A DNA stretch of 64,000 nt from a virus: positions 32,001-96,000 of the IMG/VR virus record IMGVR_UViG_3300028920_000043; one strand, given 5' to 3'. This document shows positions 27,904-35,546 of this stretch, piece after piece. The translations under genes were made by a program, and so were the position numbers. The notes below the pieces were generated by a model. It ran no database searches and had not been told where the DNA came from. It saw only the letters and a program-made list of their open reading frames with translations. The first letter of the stretch is position 1. Every line of letters starts with the position of its first letter.

Positions 27904-29166
27904 TTAAGTTAACAAAGAGCTGACTGTCTCAATCCTAGAATCCCATGAGCATTCAAGAACTTCTTTATACAGATTTTCAGCTCTTAAATTTCTTTCAGAG
28001 CTATCTCGCTCTACTGCTTTCATTTTATCAACCAAATCATCCTCATCTACAACTGCAAATTCTTCTCCTTTATAATAATCAGAAGTACCCAAATAAAGAT
28101 CTTTATCCGCTTCCCGAAATCCTTTCACGCGCACCAAATAAGAATTGCCGTGGTTCAAATAGTCTCGGAATCCACCCCAATCTGTTTGAATCACTGGCTT
28201 CTTCATAGCACCGAATTGCAATCCGGGCAACCATGTACTTTCTCCCTTGGAAGCGCCGATACCACAATCCATTCTTGCCATGAGATGCGGCATTAAATTC
28301 GGATGAAGCGAAACATCACAGATCTTTATTGTAGGAATCTGTGAGTTAAGGAAATCAGACGTTATATCAGAATACTCTTTTTGTATCGTCCAATGATCCT
28401 TTATGAATCTCTTCCAACCATAAGGCCGATTTGAATACTTGGCAAACATTAAAAGAGCCACGTCCTTCCGGCCTTCAAAAGCACGAATAAAACTTCTTAC
28501 TATTTCCTTCACTCCTTTTCTCGCATTCCATGATCCAACGAATCCAAAAACAAACTTATCCTGCAATCCTTCAATCTTCATGGGTTCCACGTTTGGATTA
28601 TACTTGTTAATATCGACACCCAAACGAACTACCTTTACCGAGCATCCGGTTACTTTCAAATACTCGAATCTCACCTTGTCCAATGGCGTAGGCATCCAAA
28701 CTTCGTCCACCTGATCAAACCATTTCTTCATATACTTTGGAAACTTTCGGCTCTCCGTCATCGTCCACGCTATTTTTGTTTTTACTTTCCGCTTCCTTTC
28801 ATGCCACATCCAACCAGGGCCGGCAATCAATAGCATAGTAGCCTTTTTTGGATTGACTCTCCGGAATGTATAGCGTAGAATTCGCTGATACTCAAATGGA
28901 TCCAGATCTATCAGCGATGGTATTTTCTCAAGCTGTATGTGAAACTTATGACTCTCATCCAATCGTGTCAATACTTCTCTCGTATGCTCCGCATATCCTC
29001 CAAGAAAATCAGTGAAGCCTTTTATCAATAATGGAGTGCTGTCAATATTAGACAATGAAAAGAAATTAAATGTCCGATCATTACAAGTCACGGATTCCAA
29101 GCTCTCTGGATTGAGCGTTGGAAAATCAGACTTCTTTTGGTTTACTTTTCTTGTATCTAACTTCAT
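27904..29166 (-). CDS. GT-B (GT4-like) glycosyltransferase
   Basis: GGYAEHTRE, WTMTES, DEVWMP, FVFGFVGSWNARKG, GESTWLPGLQFGAMKKPVIQTDWGG. Confidence 0.85.
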   Translation of the reverse strand: MKLDTRKVNQKKSDFPTLNPESLESVTCNDRTFNFFSLSNIDSTPLLIKGFTDFLGGYAEHTREVLTRLDESHKFHIQLEKIPSLIDLDPFEYQRILRYTFRRVNPKKATMLLIAGPGWMWHERKRKVKTKIAWTMTESRKFPKYMKKWFDQVDEVWMPTPLDKVRFEYLKVTGCSVKVVRLGVDINKYNPNVEPMKIEGLQDKFVFGFVGSWNARKGVKEIVRSFIRAFEGRKDVALLMFAKYSNRPYGWKRFIKDHWTIQKEYSDITSDFLNSQIPTIKICDVSLHPNLMPHLMARMDCGIGASKGESTWLPGLQFGAMKKPVIQTDWGGFRDYLNHGNSYLVRVKGFREADKDLYLGTSDYYKGEEFAVVDEDDLVDKMKAVERDSSERNLRAENLYKEVLECSWDSRIETVSSLLT

Positions 29167-29648
29167 TTCATCTTATACACTTTCTTGAACCGACTCAATA
29201 ATACGCGCTCACCATATTTGATTGCCGGCCTCATAAACGGTTGTTTCTTTTGTCCTTTGACCCTCTTTCTTACTATCTCTGTTCCATCCGGCAACTCAAA
29301 TGCCATTGCTTCCTGCGTCTTCGGATAGATCCATTGCTTCTTCGGACCGTACATTCCAGTTCCATACTCAACAAAGTACGCATAAGGAATATCTGTCTTT
29401 CCTTGCATCCGTGTTCCAACATAACCCTCAAAAACATGAGGACCGCTTTTGGTCATCCAACTCTCAATGCTTGCTGCCAAAGCACCTGATTCACCAACCG
29501 GAGCTTTTTCAGTTGCTCGCGTCTCCACCGCCAGCAGTATTTGCTGAAATGCCATCTTTGCTTCCAATTGCTTTTGTTTGCGAACCATTGCAAACTTCCG
29601 CATGAGGCTTGGAAGCCCGATGACTTTTATCTCTACTACGCCTGCCAT
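29163..29648 (-). CDS. HK97 gp10-like tail completion / neck protein
   Basis: APVGESGALAASI, YAYFVEYGTG, GQKKQPFMRPA. Confidence 0.9.
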   Translation of the reverse strand: MAGVVEIKVIGLPSLMRKFAMVRKQKQLEAKMAFQQILLAVETRATEKAPVGESGALAASIESWMTKSGPHVFEGYVGTRMQGKTDIPYAYFVEYGTGMYGPKKQWIYPKTQEAMAFELPDGTEIVRKRVKGQKKQPFMRPAIKYGERVLLSRFKKVYKMK

Positions 29649-29995
29649 CAGTCGTTCTCGTCATCAGTATGCTGAATCTCATCAGCAAGAATTTCCAAAT
29701 GATGTCCTTGTCCACCTGCATCGTGAGGCTTAATTATTTTATACCTATCCGAGTTGACCCAGATCTCGTAGTTATTTTTTACTGGCGCATTGATAGAAGC
29801 GAAGATAACCACATCGGCATTTGTAACTTCACCAAACTCCTCCTGCTCCTCCTTAGCGCTTATGGGCTGAACTCGAACTCTAACCTCTGATGCTATGATC
29901 TGCAGAACATTCTTGGACTCACCGAACTCGTTTACCGATCCAGCAGTCCATTTCTTAATAACGGCCGTAGTATTCAATAAAGAACTGAAAGACAT
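29648..29995 (-). CDS. Head closure protein (SPP1 gp16-like)
   Basis: NEFGE, RVQPISAKE, RYKIIKPHDAGGQGHHLEI. Confidence 0.8.
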   Translation of the reverse strand: MSFSSLLNTTAVIKKWTAGSVNEFGESKNVLQIIASEVRVRVQPISAKEEQEEFGEVTNADVVIFASINAPVKNNYEIWVNSDRYKIIKPHDAGGQGHHLEILADEIQHTDDEND

Positions 29996-30012
29996 TTCTG
30001 ATTCCTCAAGAC

Positions 30013-30447
30013 TTATGGATCGTTGTTTGCTGGATCTTCCTCATACACCGTGTCAAAGTTTATTGGGTATGACCATATATCCAGATCAGAATCATATACC
30101 GCGAATCCTCCTCCCGACTTTACAAACAAGTTTACTACCAAGCCACCGGTGCTCAGTGCTACATTCTGTTTGTTTAGTAAGGTAATCAATCGCTCACCAA
30201 TATCACTCACCAATGTCTTGTAAGGCTGATCATCCGACCCCTTGACCCACGCAGTAATTATTATGGTGTCGCTTGCTGATGGAAATACAGCATGGCTCTC
30301 GCCAGGCGTCTCGCGTATAGTGATCATCGGATAAGTCATGTCCTTCTCAGGATCGACCCATCCGGTTTTGACTTTCTTAACAGGACTGGGATAGAGCTGG
30401 TTGTCCTGCATTATTCGCGTCAGGATATTTGGAATTAACAATGGCAT
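30013..30447 (-). CDS. Putative tail terminator
   Basis: YPMITI motif, size and position among head-tail joining genes. Confidence 0.55.
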   Translation of the reverse strand: MPLLIPNILTRIMQDNQLYPSPVKKVKTGWVDPEKDMTYPMITIRETPGESHAVFPSASDTIIITAWVKGSDDQPYKTLVSDIGERLITLLNKQNVALSTGGLVVNLFVKSGGGFAVYDSDLDIWSYPINFDTVYEEDPANNDP

Positions 30448-31097
30448 TATATTGCCTCCCCTACTATATCACCCGCACCACCATACCGAGACATGATGTC
30501 ATCCATCTCCTCTTCGATGACTTGCTTGGGCGATAACGTTTCACCGGTTGACTTTTTCTTGTAGGAGTATCGACCAATCGTCTCGGCTATGATGTCACCG
30601 GTTGCTTCTCCTCCTTTGAACGTCAACGCTTTCTTGACCACAAACAAAGTGGCGAGTGCTATAATATCATTCGGAACTGTTGGCCATCCGAATATGCCAG
30701 TGATCTCGATATTCAACAGTCCGCGTTTCTCCGGGGAGTAATCAGGGCTTATCGTCCTGACGTAAGAACCGTCCACTTGCAAGTCCGAAAGATCATCCGC
30801 CCAACTGGTCAGGCGGATGTATCCTTCTGAAGTGTAGATCTTCATATTTGCAGCATCAACTTCGTTGCCATCAATCTTCAGACTGGAAATAGATTGGATC
30901 GGACCATGGGTCTCTCGCTGATTGATGTCGATGAAGTTCGAGTCAATCGAATCTATCTCTATTGTTTCTGATTCGGTATTGCCGAACTTTCCAAGATTAG
31001 AATTCACAAAATCATCTGCTTCTTGGATCCATGTATCCGGAATATCCGCTTCGGCAATGCCATACTCTGTTACTTTTGTTTTATTTGTATATGGCAT
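30447..31097 (-). CDS. Head-tail adaptor/connector
   Basis: NIEITGIFGWPTVPNDI, ETIGRYSY. Confidence 0.75.
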   Translation of the reverse strand: MPYTNKTKVTEYGIAEADIPDTWIQEADDFVNSNLGKFGNTESETIEIDSIDSNFIDINQRETHGPIQSISSLKIDGNEVDAANMKIYTSEGYIRLTSWADDLSDLQVDGSYVRTISPDYSPEKRGLLNIEITGIFGWPTVPNDIIALATLFVVKKALTFKGGEATGDIIAETIGRYSYKKKSTGETLSPKQVIEEEMDDIMSRYGGAGDIVGEAI

Positions 31098-31108
31098 TTC
31101 CTATCTCC

Positions 31109-32146
31109 TCAAAAAATATCACCGCACTCCGCAAAAAAGCTTTCCATATCTTTCATCAGGTTCAGAAACTTTATGTTGTAATATTTTGGATTGAGAAGAT
31201 CAGAACGATCTGGAAACTCACTCATCAACTGTTTCCACAATGTCTGTACCGTTTCAATCACTCCCGTCTTTGGCGCATCGAATCCAATTAACTGTTTAAG
31301 CCTCTCTCCTGATATACTGTAACTTCTGACTTCCCTGCTGTCGTAGTCCGGAATCACTTCTATAGGAATATCCGGCTCTACTGTATGTATGCAATGCCGA
31401 ACATAATTTCCAAGCTCAGAAATACGGTAGTTCTTATGCATTACATTTACTGTCTGATACTTTATATTATCTATCGGCATTTCCAGTAGCTTTGTCCAAA
31501 CTTTCGCCACGTCTACAACGTTCACCAATGGACGCCAACACTCCCCTCCGGCTACCAACAAAATCCGACCAAGAAGTAATGCGTCCTTGACCATCGTATT
31601 CACCACCAGATCAAACCGCGGCCGGATAGATGCACCCATCACTGTCGCTTGCCGAAGCAATGTAGGTTTGAGTGTTCCGTGCTCCGCGATCTTTAACATT
31701 CCGCATTCCGCATTGTACTTTGCTTCCGCGTAGAATGATTTAGGATCTACAGGACTTTCTTCCGTGAGAATATTCGTATCCTGGAATCCATACACTGCGG
31801 CAGAAGACGCAAAGATGAAACGCTCAATTCCAGCCTTCGCGCACTCCTCCGCGAACTTCACAGCACCAACATTGTTTATGGCATCGTTGGCCTCCGGATT
31901 AAAATTCGCCATTGGATCGTTTGACAATCCAGCAAGATGGCAAACGGCATCAAAGCCTTTCAAATCCTCAGCGGTGAATGATCTGAAATCCTTTCGGATG
32001 AACTCAGGCCGACCACTCAGCTCATTTAGATATTCTGTTCCGAACATTCCTTTATCCACAATCGTTATGGCATAGCCTTCGCCAAGAAGAATGTCAGACA
32101 GCACTGTACCAATATATCCTAGACCACCTGTTACCAAAATCTTCAT
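31109..32146 (-). CDS. NAD-dependent nucleotide-sugar epimerase/dehydratase (extended SDR)
   Basis: ILVTGGLGYIG, HLAGLSNDP, ASSAAVYG, YAEAK, RFDLVVN. Confidence 0.92.
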   Translation of the reverse strand: MKILVTGGLGYIGTVLSDILLGEGYAITIVDKGMFGTEYLNELSGRPEFIRKDFRSFTAEDLKGFDAVCHLAGLSNDPMANFNPEANDAINNVGAVKFAEECAKAGIERFIFASSAAVYGFQDTNILTEESPVDPKSFYAEAKYNAECGMLKIAEHGTLKPTLLRQATVMGASIRPRFDLVVNTMVKDALLLGRILLVAGGECWRPLVNVVDVAKVWTKLLEMPIDNIKYQTVNVMHKNYRISELGNYVRHCIHTVEPDIPIEVIPDYDSREVRSYSISGERLKQLIGFDAPKTGVIETVQTLWKQLMSEFPDRSDLLNPKYYNIKFLNLMKDMESFFAECGDIF

Positions 32147-32162
32147 TTCCTGATCCGTCCTC

Positions 32163-32438
32163 TCATTTTGAATAGAATTCTTTTTCCTTCTCGTCAGAAG
32201 TACGTTTCCCTAATCCCGACACTCGCTCATTCTCAGCAGAGTTGAACCAGCGTCTCGATTTCTTTTCCCACGTCCAAGGACCATTGACATTAGAGTCCTT
32301 AAACAACACTTGAGGATTTCCGATCTTGCGTTCCATCTTGTGCTTGCACTTCGGACACGCAACAAGCGGATTCTCCTTCATAGAGTGAGTCACTTCTTTC
32401 TCGAAGTTGCATACCGGACAGTAATAATCATACCGCAT
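32163..32438 (-). CDS. FmdB-like zinc-ribbon protein
   Basis: YDYYCPVC...H...CPKC. Confidence 0.8.
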   Translation of the reverse strand: MRYDYYCPVCNFEKEVTHSMKENPLVACPKCKHKMERKIGNPQVLFKDSNVNGPWTWEKKSRRWFNSAENERVSGLGKRTSDEKEKEFYSK

Positions 32439-32455
32439 GAATTCCGCCTCCGCGC

Positions 32456-32649
32456 GGCTTCCTGGCTTTCACGCATGAAAGCCGCATAAATCGATAGGTT
32501 TCTCCGCACATACCTAAGAAAACCTATACTATTTCCACATCAACCGAATATATGACGCTCTCAGACCGCGCTGAGCGCTCCGGTATACGCCATATGATAA
32601 ATCACTCATGCCCTTACATTTCAGTAAGGAATAGCGTAGGATTTCGCAG
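32456..32649. repeat. Palindromic repeat locus 3 and long non-coding element copy B
   Basis: GGCTTCCTGGCTTTCACGCATGAAAGCCGCATAAA...CTCAGACCG...AAATCACTCA...TAGGATTTCGCAG shared with 13930-14161. Confidence 0.9.
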
Positions 32650-32657
32650 TGTCCTGA

Positions 32658-33152
32658 TTATTTGAACTGTATATCCCACACGTCCTTTCCCAGGACATCC
32701 CAAGAAATGCGTTCTTCATCAGGATTCTTTTTATTATATATCTCTGATCCGGTCGAGCAGAGAATAGTGTTCTGTTCCAAACTCATCCAGCCATGCCAGA
32801 TTGTGGGAGGCACCACAAGCAGTTTCGGAGTTCTCGCGTGAATGTTGAAAATCTTCACCCGGTCCATATTGATATCCGGATCCCCAGACTTAGCCACCAA
32901 TTCTGCTCCCGGGATATTATCTATCAATATGAACTTCGCGGATCCGTTGACAATGCAAAAGTAATCCCAGAGAATCCGGTGACGATGAAACGCCCTGACC
33001 GTCATCGATTGCATATCGCCTACCATATAGACCTGACCAAACTTCTCAAAGAACTCATCAGTCTCGTGGACGATTTCAAACAACCAACCGCGGTCATCCT
33101 CCATGACCTTCAAATCCACAAGCTTAACTCTATCCCACAAATCCATTTCCAT
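32658..33152 (-). CDS. rmlC: dTDP-4-dehydrorhamnose 3,5-epimerase-like cupin
   Basis: EDDRGWLFE, FGQVY, VRAFHRH, VPPTIWHGW. Confidence 0.75.
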   Translation of the reverse strand: MEMDLWDRVKLVDLKVMEDDRGWLFEIVHETDEFFEKFGQVYMVGDMQSMTVRAFHRHRILWDYFCIVNGSAKFILIDNIPGAELVAKSGDPDINMDRVKIFNIHARTPKLLVVPPTIWHGWMSLEQNTILCSTGSEIYNKKNPDEERISWDVLGKDVWDIQFK

Positions 33153-33172
33153 TCTCCTTACAAAAAATTATC

Positions 33173-34270
33173 CTAGAACTTCCTTCCTATAAAATAATGC
33201 AACCAAGTATTATCTCCCACCGCGAACTTTGCATTATCGTACTCAATAAAGTAACGCTTGAGTATCGACAAAGCAAACTTGGGCGGGAAGAAATATTGGA
33301 TCTCGTGCGGAATATAATCAACTGCTTCCGCTGCCCAGAAAATCAATCCCAGTACTCCGCCGGGTTTGAGTACTCTATTGTATTCACTTATTGCTGATTC
33401 TATTTCCTCCGGATGTATATGATCCAACGTTGACAGATCTAACACCAAATCGAATTTACCATACCAATCTTTTTTCAAGAACCTGACGTCTCCCACTTCC
33501 GCATGGATATCTGAGAAGTCCGCCTCATTGAATACATCAATATAATACTTTTCAATATCAATAGTATACTTCTCTCCGGTACATTTCAAACGTGGGAAAA
33601 CACCTCCGGGCGGGAATCCCATTATCTCGTTATATACGTCTGTCTTCAATACTGTTGGAAGAGCCTTTGAAATGTTCACGCAGTACTGACTGAACCAAAT
33701 ATACTCCTCCGTAATTCCTTGGCGCCATTTATGTGTTGCGAATACCTGCTTAGTCAATTCATAAATCTGATAATGACGTTTTCCAATAAACGAATCCTCT
33801 ACCGTTATTGATTCTTCCCTTACTAGAGTGTACCATGGGAGCTCTTTTTCAAGACGAGTAAAAAATCCATAGTGCTCTTGCCATGCTATAATTGACTCCA
33901 CCGCGATATACCTAGGACGGAAGCGCCGTACCAGATCTAAGAACGCAAGGTAACCGTATTCACTTTCGTCTTCGTTCTTTGTGAAGTAGCCACCACCCGC
34001 ACCGATATATAAAAGAATATCGCATTGCGTTACTTCTTTAACAAACTCACCATCTGTCTGGCATTTGAAATCAATATCTTCTCTGCAATCAAGATCTCGC
34101 GTATCATTTCCAATATACGCTTTGAAATCATCATCCAGATATTTATGAAGACGCGCAGAGCCACAGTTCAAATCAATAATGACTTTGTTCTTCGTCTTGT
34201 CTTTCAAATAATTAGCAATGGGAATGAATCTCTCATCCCATTTCTCAGTATCAAGATATTCCCAAGCCAT
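33173..34270 (-). CDS. Class I SAM-dependent methyltransferase with two tandem domains
   Basis: IIDLNCGSA in the N-terminal half; GDVR...FDLVLDLSTLDHI...RVLKPGG in the C-terminal half. Confidence 0.75.
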   Translation of the reverse strand: MAWEYLDTEKWDERFIPIANYLKDKTKNKVIIDLNCGSARLHKYLDDDFKAYIGNDTRDLDCREDIDFKCQTDGEFVKEVTQCDILLYIGAGGGYFTKNEDESEYGYLAFLDLVRRFRPRYIAVESIIAWQEHYGFFTRLEKELPWYTLVREESITVEDSFIGKRHYQIYELTKQVFATHKWRQGITEEYIWFSQYCVNISKALPTVLKTDVYNEIMGFPPGGVFPRLKCTGEKYTIDIEKYYIDVFNEADFSDIHAEVGDVRFLKKDWYGKFDLVLDLSTLDHIHPEEIESAISEYNRVLKPGGVLGLIFWAAEAVDYIPHEIQYFFPPKFALSILKRYFIEYDNAKFAVGDNTWLHYFIGRKF

Positions 34271-34981
34271 TTATCCCACCCTCAATCCTCTCCACTTACT
34301 ACTATCCAAAGACGTATCGGGAGGAACATTGAATTGGACATCTTGTATTGACATTTCTTTTACTTCCGGAGATAATCTCTTTGCCAGATCATAAAAGGAT
34401 TTTCTTGTGGTACCTATATGAATAAGTCCTAATATATCTTTCCTCACCGCTTTGATAATCTCCTTAGCAATAACATCCACGGTATCGAAGGATGTAAACT
34501 TATCAATGAATGCTCCCGGATAAGGCCATTTATCTTTAGAACAAAAAGATGTCCTAATAATTAAACCATTCGGATAATTCTCTACTGCTACTTCTCCCAA
34601 TCTTTTTGTCACTGCATAAAAATTAACTGGATGAGGTAAGTCATTTTCTTTATACATCCCTCCTTCTTTTAATCCATCGAAGACATAATCAGTAGATATA
34701 TAGATCAATGGAATATCATATGCCGAACAAATCTTGACCAGATTTTCGGTACCGACTTTATTTACTTGAATTGCCGCATCTTTGTTCTGATCACACACCG
34801 GAGGAGACGTAAGAGCAGCACAATGCAAAACCTTATCAGGTTTATGCATTACTATCTCCTTCTTTGCTTTGTCAAAGTTGGTAACATCCAGTATAGAACG
34901 TGCTGGATAGTACCATTCGGAACGCTGAGCTTTCAGCTCTGTTCCCAATAATCCTGAACCACCGGTTACTAAGACTTTCAT
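34271..34981 (-). CDS. rmlD: dTDP-4-dehydrorhamnose reductase-like SDR
   Basis: VLVTGGSGLLG, HCAA, YISTDYVFDG, PVNFYAVTK, IIRTS. Confidence 0.85.
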   Translation of the reverse strand: MKVLVTGGSGLLGTELKAQRSEWYYPARSILDVTNFDKAKKEIVMHKPDKVLHCAALTSPPVCDQNKDAAIQVNKVGTENLVKICSAYDIPLIYISTDYVFDGLKEGGMYKENDLPHPVNFYAVTKRLGEVAVENYPNGLIIRTSFCSKDKWPYPGAFIDKFTSFDTVDVIAKEIIKAVRKDILGLIHIGTTRKSFYDLAKRLSPEVKEMSIQDVQFNVPPDTSLDSSKWRGLRVG

Positions 34982-34985
34982 GGCA

Positions 34986-35546
34986 TTATCTCACTCTATG
35001 TTTTGCTATACTGCCTATGAATCCTACTTCATGTACTATATTGAATAAATGCTTTCTGGCAAACTCCAGAGTTATATTCATAGGCCCCAATTCATTTCTT
35101 AAGGTTGCAGGACTCTTGACATAGTGATACTCAAATCTTTCCAGAACGAAAGGTAAAGTACCCGCCGTAAACCATGCGTCTGAAAAGTTACAAGAAATAT
35201 GCTCAAATACAGTTTCCGAGAGTGCATACTTATGACCAGGACAAAGTGCCATATCATTTCGCGCACATGGTACCCAAAGTTCCAAACGAGCTCTATCTCT
35301 GCATACTCTCACTATCTCATGGAGTATAGGTTGAAGAGGATCGATATGCTCCAGAAAGTGAGAAGAATAAATCTCACCAACACAGTTATCTGGCAGTGGT
35401 ATTCCCTTTGTCAAATCACAAACATGATCCACTCCTGGAAGTTGGCAAAAATCGAATCCGAAATAGCCTTCACGTTTTTTGCTACCGCATCCCAAATCTA
35501 TCTTTTCTACATTATGCTCTTTCGGATCTATAAACCCTGATGGCAT
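34986..35546 (-). CDS. SAM-dependent methyltransferase (Methyltransf_11-like)
   Basis: IDLGCG, CDLTKGIPLPD, SSHFLEH, EIVRVC. Start moved to ATG 35546. Confidence 0.85.
   Translation of the reverse strand: MPSGFIDPKEHNVEKIDLGCGSKKREGYFGFDFCQLPGVDHVCDLTKGIPLPDNCVGEIYSSHFLEHIDPLQPILHEIVRVCRDRARLELWVPCARNDMALCPGHKYALSETVFEHISCNFSDAWFTAGTLPFVLERFEYHYVKSPATLRNELGPMNITLEFARKHLFNIVHEVGFIGSIAKHRVR

Noticed and set aside
29163-31097. Non-canonical order of head-tail joining genes (adaptor, terminator, closure, gp10)
   Set aside because: The terminator assignment is only tentative and such order changes are common, so it is not raised as a finding.
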